Shown: positions 50,482-62,023 of the stretch, piece by piece
Position numbering within the stretch: position 1 is the first letter of the stretch
Layout of the letters: each line of letters starts with the position of its first letter
Assembly (NCBI GenBank): GCA_040285855.1
Contig: JAUFOQ010000006.1
Span: forward strand, 310,001-374,000
Reading direction: 5' to 3'
DNA length: 64,000 bases
DNA from: Eukaryota sp. GEM-RC1
Lineage: Eukaryota
The notes under the pieces: generated by a model
What the model saw: only the letters and a program-made list of their open reading frames with translations
Told to the model about the DNA's origin: nothing
Databases searched by the model: none
Translations under genes and position numbers: made by a program

Positions 50482-51447
50482 CTACAACATAACCCCCTTT
50501 TCAGCTAACAGTCTGACCATCCTCTCCCTGAAAGAAATCTCTCTTCTCACGTCATAAGAATGCTCCAACTCCATCAAACGAATGTAAACTTGTTCTAAAG
50601 ACCCATCACAAGGATCGTCATGCCACGTGTTAATGAGCACAGAGTTATCAAGGGCATATCCACAAGCTTCTAAAGAGTTATCCACGAGAACAACACGTCG
50701 TAAATCACGATTCAGAATTCTTAGATCCTTGACGTACCTTCCGTCTGGAGTTTGAGTACAATGCTGACGATACAATCGAGTTTCAAAGAATCGTTGATCG
50801 GGGTCCAGGATCTTTAAAACCATGTCAGCATAGGAAGGTAGAGAGGCCGTGAAAAGTACCAAATGAAAACGTTCAGAAACTTTTTGAAGAAATTCTTCAA
50901 CTCCAGGACGAAAGAGAATTCGCATATTGAGTATGGATCCTGCGTGGGGTAGAGATATACCGTGATGCTTGAGATTGTGAGTGTAGCAAGACAGTTCATC
51001 CATAGTCTCAGTATGAACCAAGGTTTCATCCAGATCCATGAATACCGTTAGTTTTTCTAGGCAACCATAATCAAGATCCAGCATATCAGGTGGTCCTAGT
51101 TGGTGGAGACCTTTGAATGAAGGAGGATGAGAGGGAAGTTGTAGGGAAAGAGCAAATCTGGCTGCACGAACAGCTTCAACTTGGTCATCATAGATCATTT
51201 GGGCTCTGGTTGCGATGTTTTCATCAGAAACCATGGCCTTGTCTTCTGTTTGAGCTTTGCCGAAGAATTGTGTGATTCTGGGTTGGTTCTTAGGAACAGA
51301 AGAGACACATTTGCGACGACGAGAGATATTTCGTTTACCAGTAGGAGATCGAACATCGTTGAAGCCAGGAAAGCAAGTTTGTTTGAACCGTTTCTTGGAA
51401 TCATTGTTGGAAGCACGTCGAGGACTTCCTGCAGAGAAATTTGTCAT
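50482..51447 (-). CDS. FCP1/SCP-family (NIF) HAD CTD small phosphatase-like protein
   Basis: DLDETLVH, RPGVEEFL, FTASLPSYAD, LYRQHC, YVKDLRILNRDLRRVVLVDNS. Confidence 0.93.
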   Translation of the reverse strand: MTNFSAGSPRRASNNDSKKRFKQTCFPGFNDVRSPTGKRNISRRRKCVSSVPKNQPRITQFFGKAQTEDKAMVSDENIATRAQMIYDDQVEAVRAARFALSLQLPSHPPSFKGLHQLGPPDMLDLDYGCLEKLTVFMDLDETLVHTETMDELSCYTHNLKHHGISLPHAGSILNMRILFRPGVEEFLQKVSERFHLVLFTASLPSYADMVLKILDPDQRFFETRLYRQHCTQTPDGRYVKDLRILNRDLRRVVLVDNSLEACGYALDNSVLINTWHDDPCDGSLEQVYIRLMELEHSYDVRREISFRERMVRLLAEKGVML

Positions 51448-52249
51448 CAGAGACTAGTAGAAAAGATGAGGCGGTTCAAGTGTGTTGAAATGAAAGTTCT
51501 AGTTCAGTTTGATTCATTTTTACGTACATGGACATGTACATGTACAATGTACTTGGTTTTAATAGTCTGTATTTATTTCATGTCTACATGTAGTTTTTAG
51601 TTGTGTCTTTTCACATTTACGTGGAAATATCGCTTTGTTAGAACAATATTCACTACAAAATCTCTTTGTACTTTATCTTAAGGCAAATATCGAATAGAAT
51701 CGTATGTTTTCGTTGCTTAATGATTCCAACAAATCAGATTTGATCAGACTACCTTCTCCGCAGAGCTGCTAGATTTTAACTTAATGATACTTTCAATCAG
51801 ATTCCATTACGACAGTCCTTTGGACCAATGAAATCCAGAAACGGGTCTGATATGAGATGAAATGGTTTCTTAAAAATTGATTAAGTATCTGTTAAAATTG
51901 TACAGTGTGTGCCACGTGATGGATATGAAGATTCAATCCCGTATCTAACAAAGTATAGACATGGAGTGCATTGGCGTAGTAGTTCATAACTCCATTGGAC
52001 ACAAATGGACTCTCCTAAAGTAGTCAAATAATACATAATCTGATTCGTACTAATAACAGATGAGTCAGACTTATTACGATAGCATACTCCAAAAATAGTA
52101 GTTGGTTTTATTCTGGTAATAGTTGGTTTTATTATGGTAAAAGTTGATAATACACCTTCCTCCATTGTCAGTTAGTTGATGTAAGACTCTACTGTGATTA
52201 CTGTGATGACCTATGTGATGAGACCGCTTCGAACCGTATCTCCTCTCTT

Positions 52250-54130
52250 GTTAAAGTTTCCAAGTTTGATGTCCAAACTTGTACTGGAAAGTCCCTTAGG
52301 ATCTTCTACTTCTTGAGAGCCATAATCGAAGAGACAGCCTGAATGTCTCACACTACTTCAAACTACTCACGTCCTCTCAGACAACAGTCTCTGCTCTCCT
52401 TCTTAAAGCTTCTTACCCTAACGACAACGATGTCCAAATTTGCTGAATCTTTCTGTTATGCCGGCGGAATCAGATCTTCTCTACGCTCTTGTCTTCAGAC
52501 TGCCACAGAACTCCTCAAATCTGACTCTCTTGATAATCCTTTCCCCTTGTATCGCCTCAAACTAATCATTGTTGATGAAGCTCAAGATTTGAATCCTGTT
52601 CAGTGCTCCTTTGTCGATACTCTTTCAAATCTGTAAATATTGCCGTAATTCTTGGTGACACCAATCAATCTATATTCAGTTTTCAAGGTAGCAATCCTGC
52701 AATTTTTGATTCTTATAATCTACCAACTTTTTCTCTTATTGCGAATTATCGATCATCTTAATAGATGTTTGTAACGCAATAGGTCCGTGTTGTCTAGTTT
52801 TTTCTTCTCTTATGATTTTCTGAAGGGGAGAAAATGATCACATGGGGAAAGGAAAAAGGGAATCATCCCGTGGAAATATTTATCACATCCGATACAGATT
52901 TGGAAGAGTGTAAATTCTGGCAAAAATTCAATATTTTAAATATTTGGGGCTAAGCTATGAAGATATTTGCATTCTGGACCCAGTAAAACTGTCAAAAGAA
53001 GACATATTTCTATCAGTCTACAAGCTGTTGCTAATATTCTTGAACTTTCCTCTATTCCTTACAATGTTAAGTACAGAAGATCTAGTCTCAACAGCACTGA
53101 AGTTGATTCTCTTGATCCAGTCCCAAGTCAAATGAACTTATTGACTATTCATTGCTCTGTATGTTGCTATTCATTATCACTCATATTGGAAAGGTTTGGA
53201 ATTTAAAGCTGTTATTCTGCTAAACTTTCATTTTTCTTCAAGGTGCAGAGTTCCAAACCAAAAAGAATTTCAACAATCTAAGTTTCTTTGGTATGTCGGA
53301 TGTTCTAGAGCTCAGCAATTTCTTTCTATATTTGCTTACAAAGATAGACCGATTCATCCAATGTTTGACAAAATTAGCAATTTACCGTGTGTTAGAGTTT
53401 ATGGTCAGCCAAATGTATAATATCCTAGTTTTAATGACAAAAAATATTTACAATTCAGAGATAGTGTCAGAGTTACTGATTTAATCACTCCAACTTTTTT
53501 AAATTCTGCAGAACATGATGAGTTATCCAAATTGTTCAAGGACTTCGGATTTTCTAGAATGATTTACCAGTCTTCTAAGTTGATTTATACTCTACTAGAT
53601 TCATTTTCTCTTTTCCAGATATTTATGGCCTGCTCTTTGAAAAATTAGTTCAAATATTTTATCATGCCATATTTAAAACACTTTTGAGTTATTTTCAAAA
53701 TTTGAAATCTTTTTTATGAGCAGATGATACATGTTTCTAAACAGTTTAAACGGGCAGTGGTCTATCTTTATACCCATTTTGGATTCACTGCAAACGATCA
53801 ATGTAAGCTGTACTTATTGAAAAGGTACTACCATTTATTATCACAAACCAAATATGTTAAAGTATTTGTTAATTTTTTAATTCTGGATTCATCAGTACCG
53901 CACAGTGTGTGATTTTCCTTTATCATTGATGATCCTTTATTGTATGACGTCACCAGAGTCCCCGAGAGACTAGAAATTTTAAATTTGTTGATTTTTAACG
54001 TGGGGAAATTGCAAGGTGCTGTCAGCAAATTTGTTAAACACGATACTATCAGACATGAAGAAATATACGGTGATTTAATTTCAAAACTTTTTCTAGAGAT
54101 TTCTCATCATCAACGAACACTTTGTTGGTG
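52250..54130 (+). pseudogene. Degraded UvrD/Rep-like superfamily 1 helicase
   Basis: Motifs in the expected order: LIIVDEAQDLNPVQ, GDTNQSIFSFQG, NYRS, LTIHCS|KGLEF, WYVGCSRA; many stops and frameshifts. Confidence 0.8.
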
Positions 54131-55853
54131 AATCCCTGTCAACTCTTTCTTTAGGTCTGAGCTTATCTTATCAAGACCGAGTTTTAGTCAAAATAGTCAA
54201 TTTATTAACAGTAACAATTAGATCTGAGGAAAATCTTTGTTAACTCAAGATCTAAATTGTTCAACAGTTAACGGTTCACAAGAATTGGGATCCTATTCAT
54301 TTGATCCTATTCATAATTGAAGATTAAAGTAGATCTACCAACATGAAATACTACTGTTTTAATCTCCATATGATTGATATTTAAAGAATGACAAACAACC
54401 ATAGGAATCCTAGTTGCTCGATGAGTTTTGGTGATTGAACCTTGATTCAGAGACAATACCAGATTTGGACATGAAGAGAATGAAAAGTCTAAAGTTGTTG
54501 TTTTTCTGATTTGAGAAGCCAATGGTAAAATCTTATATCTATATTTCAAATTTGTTCTTTTAATACTCTTTCGGATTTTGCAAAAATGCCGGAACTAGGA
54601 ATAACAATAACAACGGGAGTTTCTAGCCACCACACTTCCCCTTATCTCAGCTTCGCGTGGATGTTGTAGCTCTCTAATATTGGATTAATTGAATGCTCTA
54701 ATGCTTTTGACCCAGTTAATAGCACGATCCATCAATGCAAGACTTTTGATTCATAAGTTACAATATCACGTGTATGTTAAGTATTATTCTCAAACAAATC
54801 AAACTTTGAAAATCGTATTACAAGAAAAGTACAAATGTGTTAGTTTACTGATTGTCCCGTTAAATTCTGATGAACAAACAAGTTGAACTAGGTCATCATG
54901 GAATTTGTTTCAAGCTTATTAGTAATTGACTTAGACATTGTTTCTGTTTTATTCTTATTTTAGATTTTATTTTGGTCAATCATTTTTATTTTTTGAAATG
55001 CGATCTCCCTGGGCTGCTTTTGTTGAAGTTGTTACAAAACTGGATTATCAAGTCTCCTCATGTGCACTTTTGTTTTGCCGAAGTTGTCTTTAACACGTGA
55101 GATTCATTCTTCCTGTTGTCATCCTTTTTGTCCTCTTTATCATCTGAATTGTATAACCTAGTTCTCTTGCTTATCAAAGGTATATATTTTTATCCTTTAA
55201 ATTTGTTACTGGAAAGTTATATCTCAATTGAGTTTTAGATAATCAACCTCAAGAAGTTTTCATTATTTTCAACTGTTTTTTTACTATGGATGTAATTGAT
55301 ACTCCACTTTCAGTATATATACATGTGGGGGTTTTCACTATTAGAGTCTTACTCTCGTGGTTTTGAACCGACAAATCACATTGTTCCTAAATCAAATTCG
55401 GTTAATTTCCAATTGTGTGATATGTCATTAATTCTCCATTTATGATCGTCTTTATTTGAAACTTAGTTCATTTTATCTGTTTTGTCAGGTTTAAGCTCTT
55501 TTTGACTTTTATTACTGGTGTCAGATCTTTTATGACCTTAATGATTCATTTAAAAAATGAGTTCACAGCTGAAGGTCGATGAATTTGTAATTATCGTGTG
55601 AACTTTTTGTAAAAACTTATTTAAATTTGAATTGTTTCAATTCAACTTTGGAAAAAATTTCTCTCAGTTTTTTTATTGATTTCAAACACCGTTATTAGAA
55701 AAGTGAATTTCCAAATCCACCGGACAACTGAAGTTTTCCGCCTCTTCAGCGATCAACTGTTCCGCTGCGCTTCGTAGTTTCTCGATGGTCATATTCCTGT
55801 CCCGTTTTTTTCTATTTTCGTTTTTGATTTTTTCATTACTCAGAGTTACTTTT

Positions 55854-56243
55854 CTACTTTGTTCCATGTAACTCTGCCTGCCTCCCCAGGGTGATCTGCC
55901 CCATTTCAACATTCTCTCTCTTAAACACCTTCAACAATTTTTTGAAGGTAACTCCGTTTGTGGAGATTCTACGGCCTGTCAAGGGGTTCTTTCCTCCCAG
56001 GAGCGTCATCAGCCTGAACTTCTCCGGGTCCTGATCAAAGGACGCAAAGTCTGCCATTGTGTAACGGCATGTGAGGTCTTCCTCTTTCTTCTTTTCAATA
56101 ATGTTGGATATGGTAATCCCTTCGGAGCCTTGTGGTCTCCTGATGCTTCTAATAGAATATGACATAGGTCTTCTGGATAGGCCATGGCTGGAGAGGGTGT
56201 TAGACTGGAATCTGATTCCCTTAAGGGGGGTGGTAGGAGACAT
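55854..56243 (-). CDS. Small ORF with a 2-cysteine-adaptor-like motif (typical of large DNA viruses); possibly frameshift-joined to 55682-55912
   Basis: KNPLTGRRISTNGVTFKKL matches the core NPxTGRxIxxxGxxYxxL; the flanking cysteines are not clearly present. Confidence 0.45.
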   Translation of the reverse strand: MSPTTPLKGIRFQSNTLSSHGLSRRPMSYSIRSIRRPQGSEGITISNIIEKKKEEDLTCRYTMADFASFDQDPEKFRLMTLLGGKNPLTGRRISTNGVTFKKLLKVFKRENVEMGQITLGRQAELHGTK

Positions 56244-57939
56244 GTGAGAAGGAGTTGAATCTTTTATCTTTGGTCTTCCACCACTTTTTTTCTTTCTCTT
56301 TTTGCTTAGTTTCTTTCCTGTATCCTAACATCGTGATATTGTTTGTCCTATTATAGAGCAGCTTTTGATGGAATTTGTTGTTGGTTCCAATGATCTCATG
56401 TCATTGACACACACCTTGATACTTGGGTTCTCCGCAGTTTTGCATCAAGACAGAACTTCTATCCACAATGATAATTACTCTTGGAACAGCATGCCAGTTA
56501 CACAAAAATTGAAATTCCATTGATTATTCTCTTTTTGAGGGGGTTTACTTCATTTTGGTTTGTTAGGGTTGCACATGATGATTTGACACTGAATAATTTT
56601 TGTCCTCATACTTTTGTGGGTAATTATTGTTTGAAGCATTACTTAGTTGTTTCTTCTTATTAGTTGATTACCTTATTAACAACGTGTTCAATCGCACTTG
56701 TATCGTTTATTTGTTATCTTTAGGTATTAATTATCTTAATTTAATATGTACTATGTTCTTTCAGTCACTCAAAGTTTATCTTATGCCTCATTTTTCTCTC
56801 TTATGTAATATACTCTTCATTGGAGAGCCTTTTGGTGACTTCTCTGAGTTCACAGTGAGATTCAATGTTTCTTTCTCCGCTTTAAAGATTCTCGGTTTTT
56901 ATTAATTTATACTCTTCGCGAATTGCAAAATTCTTTTGATCAATCTTTCTTCTTATCTCTTCCGGCTCCAACATATACTTCTGTCGGTCTACTTATGCGA
57001 TTTGTATATTGTCATTATCAAAATGTTCATCTGGTTGAAAACAACTCCATTGACTGTAATTGTTCGTCAAGTGACCGCGTTTTTACCACTTAGAAGTAGT
57101 ATTATTCTGTATTTGATTGTGCCTTCATCGAATTCTGAAGATCCCGTGTTTTCCAACCACCGCTATCAATAGAAGTTACAGTAGGTTGTTTTTGAACCGT
57201 GTTTATTGTTGCAAAGTGTTTTGGTGATATGCTGGTGAAGTTTTACTTTAGATTCAAACCGACAATACTTTGAAATCAAACGGCTGATTGATTACAAAAT
57301 AATTGTTGTGGTTGTGCAATCAAAAGTTGGCTTGTTTATTTTAACTTAAGACAATTTACAATACATCTTCGCTCAATGCTTCAGGATCTGGTAAACTTTT
57401 TCTCCTCTTAATTCTGTCAATCTTTAACTTTCGTTCTTCTTCTTTGTCCTTTATTCTAGTTTTGTCTTGTTTTTGGTCTGGACTTGGAGGTTCCATCTTA
57501 GAAAAGATATTTTCCAGTATTAGACTCAAATTCTTCGCAGATATCTTTCAAAGATATCTTTCCCCCTAAGTCTTTAGGATTTCACGTTGTTAATTAATTG
57601 TCATAATTCTGTTACCCTTAATTATTGTTTTACCTTTTGTAGATGAAAAAGTTCATTCAAAACCAAAACCTAACAGAAAACTAAACTTATAGGAGATCGT
57701 TTGATCTCAAATCAAACTCATAACGTAACTTTGATCACCTAATACAATTCTGTGAGAACAATTGTTTGTAGAAGTATCTAAATATAAAACATCTAAAGTT
57801 ATATTTAGTCAACCCATAAACTCAAAAGATTCATCAATAATACAAGAAAAAAACTCAACAAAATACATCATTTATCACCAAAAACCATCACTAAATAAGT
57901 TTTAAACTAAAATACAATACAAAGATCATAGCAATTTCG

Positions 57940-59991
57940 TTACACTTCTTCAAACTTTAGCGAAATATTATGCATATACCTACTTAAATTAAATTTTCCT
58001 GAAGACAAAGCCACAGATCCTAGAACAGCAACCATTTCCGGTATTAGTGTCGGATCAATAATTTTAGAATGTTCTTTCAAATTTTTGAAAAATTCAGCAT
58101 CGTTAATATCTTCAATGCATTCTAAATCAATCGACAAGAACTTTGAAAATATTAAATTAAAAACAGCATAAGAATCATCGAATTGTTCCTTTGCCAAATA
58201 AATACGAGTCAAAAAAATTAAAAATTTGAAAAGCCATGGGTGAAACGACAAAGTTTCTGGAAGTTTGAAATCCTGACCGTGCTTCGGAAGAGAAACACCA
58301 ATAATTTCAAAGCCTTGATTTGCCGCCGAAAGAGCATTTTCCAAAGCAACATTTTTAAAATTTTCGTCAATTGTTATTTCCTTTTGATTTTCACTAAATT
58401 GAGTTAGTGCGGACATCCACAGCCTACATTCTTCAACTAAAAACTTCAACTGACGAATATTACTAGTTTCTTGATCCAAATTTTCCAATTCATTTAAAAT
58501 TTTCAAAAATTTAAAAGACTCCTTTAACACTGTGGCGCTCTTATAATATTTCGAAACTAATCCCAATGCGTTCGAATAATGTCGATGATATTTCACACAA
58601 TCTTTTACAACGCTCAAAACACGCGTGTCTGTTGACGTGAGATGATGAGAAATGAATTTGACTGCCTTCTCAAAATGAACTATAGCATCACGCGGTCTTT
58701 CCAAAATCAAATACGACAATCCAATCACATCACGTACACGGCTTTCAATCAAATCTAATTGTTTCTGATCTTTAATAATATCCGACGAAGACGAAAGTTT
58801 CGCCAGCAAATCATTACCAATCTTCAAGGCTAGTTTTGGCGCTCCATTTTCCAGTGCAGAAACAGCATTCTGAAGCGATTCAAACAAGAAACGTTGCTGT
58901 GAGTGATGAGTTGAAACACCCGGTTGTTCATCCAAATCGACATTAGACGAAAACCTAGGTGAGAATCTTGGTGTCAGTTTTGATTTACGAGTTGATGGAG
59001 GTGTTTGTAAAGTGATTGGAGTCAAATTTGATTGATTAGGTTTGTAGGGTCGTGCAGAACGTGGTGAATACCCCGAAAGCGACCTTCTAGAATGTGGCGT
59101 GGTTCTCGGAGCTTCCTGTTTGACTTCCGAAGACCTCTCTAACCAAAAGCCTTCTCTTTTATTAATGTAATGGAGACCATTATCAATGATTTCCTTAACA
59201 GTAGTTGGCTTTGTATTTACCTCTACTTGTTCTTCAAACTCGTCATGTTCTTCAGTCTTGAGAGTGCTGTGTTGGCGTTCCTTTCTACGTTCACGTGGAG
59301 TTCGAGGAGATGATTTAAACGAAGTGTCCTTCAACAGCTCCGATAGATACTTTCGATCAGCCGAGAGAGAAGCAGTTGAGTTTGGTGTGGATGAGTTGCG
59401 AGGGGAACGTTTGGGAGTGAGGAAGGCAGAAGAAGAAGAGAGATTGAGACGTGGGATAGTGCGAGAAGGAGAGGAGAAGACTGGGGTTTGAGCTCGATCC
59501 TCGAATATGTTCATACACGACATTGAGTCAGCAATGGCTCTACAGGAGCGGAGATCATGGGGGATTGAAGGGGAAGGGATTTCAGATACGTTTACTTTGG
59601 AAGAGGCAGATACGGTGTTTAGGATTGAGAGTTCTGCTCTGGTAATGCCTTCGGAGAGAGAAGCGAGAGGACGGACTCGATAGCCACGGTGATAAGTAAC
59701 ACAAGCACGTTCTAGGTCTCCCGAAGCATAAAGAGCGTCTCCCAGTGTTAGAAAAGCATTGGCTTTGATAACAGTGGAGAGATTTTTGGTTTTTAGCACT
59801 GTTTTTGCATCGTTAATAGCAGCATCTGTGTCTCCGGTGTGAATCAATGAACGTGACCGACGTAAGAGAAGATTGAGATCGCCAGGTTTCAGTTTGAGAG
59901 CTTGATTTAACTCAGAGAGAGCATCAGCATGTAGGCCTTTTTTTGTCAAGGTTTCTGAATTTGCAAGTAGGGCATTGAAAGAGTAGGCCAT
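57940..59991 (-). CDS. ODAD4: Outer dynein arm docking complex subunit 4 (TTC25-like TPR protein)
   Basis: N-terminal TPRs with GDALYASGDLERACVTYHRGYRVRP...GITRAE.SI.N, LSADRKYLSELLKD, GLHYINKREGFW. Confidence 0.8.
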   Translation of the reverse strand: MAYSFNALLANSETLTKKGLHADALSELNQALKLKPGDLNLLLRRSRSLIHTGDTDAAINDAKTVLKTKNLSTVIKANAFLTLGDALYASGDLERACVTYHRGYRVRPLASLSEGITRAELSILNTVSASSKVNVSEIPSPSIPHDLRSCRAIADSMSCMNIFEDRAQTPVFSSPSRTIPRLNLSSSSAFLTPKRSPRNSSTPNSTASLSADRKYLSELLKDTSFKSSPRTPRERRKERQHSTLKTEEHDEFEEQVEVNTKPTTVKEIIDNGLHYINKREGFWLERSSEVKQEAPRTTPHSRRSLSGYSPRSARPYKPNQSNLTPITLQTPPSTRKSKLTPRFSPRFSSNVDLDEQPGVSTHHSQQRFLFESLQNAVSALENGAPKLALKIGNDLLAKLSSSSDIIKDQKQLDLIESRVRDVIGLSYLILERPRDAIVHFEKAVKFISHHLTSTDTRVLSVVKDCVKYHRHYSNALGLVSKYYKSATVLKESFKFLKILNELENLDQETSNIRQLKFLVEECRLWMSALTQFSENQKEITIDENFKNVALENALSAANQGFEIIGVSLPKHGQDFKLPETLSFHPWLFKFLIFLTRIYLAKEQFDDSYAVFNLIFSKFLSIDLECIEDINDAEFFKNLKEHSKIIDPTLIPEMVAVLGSVALSSGKFNLSRYMHNISLKFEEV

Positions 59992-60051
59992 ATATAAACT
60001 CTATACAGAAGTAGTTGAGAGAGGAGGACAAAACTTCGTAGTCAGATTCAC

Positions 60052-60928
60052 GGTTTTTGCTATTCCTGTACCATAAAATTTGCTATTCCTGTACTTTTGC
60101 TATTCCTGTACTAAAATTTGCTATTCCTGTACCTGATGAATCTTTCTGATTCCCTCAGTTCTGAAGTTCACGTAACAGATCCTCCTTATAATCTTCTGTT
60201 ACTTACCAGGAGTGTCTTAGGACACCACCTAATCAACAATGTCATCACATTGAACGACATTCTGAAGGTTTACCTCGTCTCCATCAATTAAAAGAATTGA
60301 TGTTGTACGATTTTGTGCTGGAAGTTGCTGATTTTCATCAACACTGGTTAGTCATGCCTGGAGACGAAAGTGTTGTCAAAATTGATTTATTTGAAATTCT
60401 ACTGAATACAGATGACAGCTCAGTTTGAGAGCACAAGAGGAGCTTCTAATGATAGAGAAGGAATTTCGCAAGCTTTTGAGTTCTTAGATGATAGAACTCA
60501 GACTCATAGCATATTAATTCAAAGAAGGCTTAAAGAAGCCATTCCCTTGATTATTGAGACATCAAGATCTCCCGTTTCTTTAGGATCTGTTCCACCAAAC
60601 CCAAATCAAAAAGAAGATCCTGTTCCAGCAAGCCGAAGAAGAGAGATAATCAGACGATGTGGCAATTGCCGACAACCAGGACATTACAAGAGTAAGTGTC
60701 TTCAACCATGTGGAAAATGTGGTGACAGAGCTCATCAGAGGGATAGATGTCCATCCAGAGAAGCGGATAGAGCTCTTTGAAAAGCAGCATTGATTGGAAA
60801 GGAAGATGTATCTGATAGTATTAGTTTTAAGTACACGTAGTTTTCACAGAAGTCATTGCCTAGACATAAATTTACAAAAAGAAAAGTACATGAATAGCAA
60901 ATTTTACGGTACAGGAATAGCAAAAACC
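60052..60928 (+). mobile_element. Internally deleted Mutator-like (MULE) DNA transposon, 877 bp
   Basis: 47-bp TIRs (60052-60098 / 60882-60928, 2 mismatches); exact 9-bp TSD CAGATTCAC (60043-60051, 60929-60937); internal SWIM-like remnant (GLPRLHQL...DFHQHW) and CCHC knuckles (CGNCRQPGHYKSKC, CGKCGDRAHQRDRC). Confidence 0.93.
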
Positions 60929-60943
60929 CAGATTCACCTCTAA

Positions 60944-61828
60944 ATGAACAAGGACACCGCTGTCTCTTCTTTCCTAGGCGATGTTCTAGCCATACCACAA
61001 GTCCATGATCTAATTGGGACTAATGCTGAAGCTTTTCATGTGGTTTTCTCTTTCTACTCCATGAACACTGATAGGCTGGTCGAGAACCAGTTTGTCACCT
61101 GTATAAAACGTCTTAATCTCAACTGTGAAAACATACCTACCCCAGCTGTTCGACAAGTCTTTCATGAACTTGTGGAGGAATACAAGGGCATCGAACGAAC
61201 AAAGGGGATTGCACCTCCTTCTCCCGTCTCTGGTACAATGAACGCTACCTCCACAAACCCTGATTCAGTGGGTCTTGGTCCAAAATCCGTTGCAAAGTCA
61301 CTCTCCTTCATCCAATTCGTTGAAGGCCTTATCCGCCTGACATATGACAAGTTTGCTCATCTTAAGCAATACACACTCTGTGAAAAGCTAGAGTTTGTCA
61401 TTGTTAGCAGGATCATCCCCCATGTTGAAGAAATCAAGGCAGCTAAAGAAGAAGAAGAACGGTTTACATCAGCTCTAGATAGCCTCTCTGATCACCAACG
61501 TTCTGTTCTGAACTCTTTGTTCGTAAAGTATTCCTCCAAGGATACTCGTCACTTAAAGGAAAAGGACAAGCGAGTGACTCACGCTGGGTGGATCAAGCTG
61601 TTGAAGGATGGAATGTGGATTGGAGCAGGAGTGTCGATGTTGTCAGCTAATAATGTGTTTACTAAAATGACTGGGGAGAAAGTACGGTCTGCTGTTGTTG
61701 GAACTTCGCATGGAACTCTGTCTGTTGAACAGTTTTTTAAGGCTATATCTATGCTTTCTCATGTTCTATATGCTGATGAGGATCCGTTGAAGATGTTTGT
61801 AGATGAAGTGGTGACGCTAAAGTTGTAA
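60944..61828 (+). CDS. Helical protein with degenerate EF-hand/p25-alpha-like repeats (294 aa)
   Basis: Intact ORF; two similar segments LSFIQFVEGLIRL and LSVEQFFKAISML, each preceded by a VF-containing helix. Confidence 0.7.
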   Translation: MNKDTAVSSFLGDVLAIPQVHDLIGTNAEAFHVVFSFYSMNTDRLVENQFVTCIKRLNLNCENIPTPAVRQVFHELVEEYKGIERTKGIAPPSPVSGTMNATSTNPDSVGLGPKSVAKSLSFIQFVEGLIRLTYDKFAHLKQYTLCEKLEFVIVSRIIPHVEEIKAAKEEEERFTSALDSLSDHQRSVLNSLFVKYSSKDTRHLKEKDKRVTHAGWIKLLKDGMWIGAGVSMLSANNVFTKMTGEKVRSAVVGTSHGTLSVEQFFKAISMLSHVLYADEDPLKMFVDEVVTLKL

Positions 61829-62023
61829 TGTAATATAAATCGCTTTGTTTTGTTTTAGTGTTCATCAGTTTCTCTTTGAGTTCAATATCAAGGTACGGTT
61901 TGAAGAACAACTAGACATGTTGAAATAACATTTTTAAAATATTTAAAATGGGAAATTTGATTGAATAAACATGTACATTACTAATTTATTGGAAAACTCA
62001 GATTTTTTAAAAAAAGGCTAGAT

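Noticed and set aside
60056..60132. Four 16-bp direct repeats resembling a CRISPR array
   Set aside because: Spacers are only 1-7 nt, and the repeats are the sub-terminal part of a MULE TIR.
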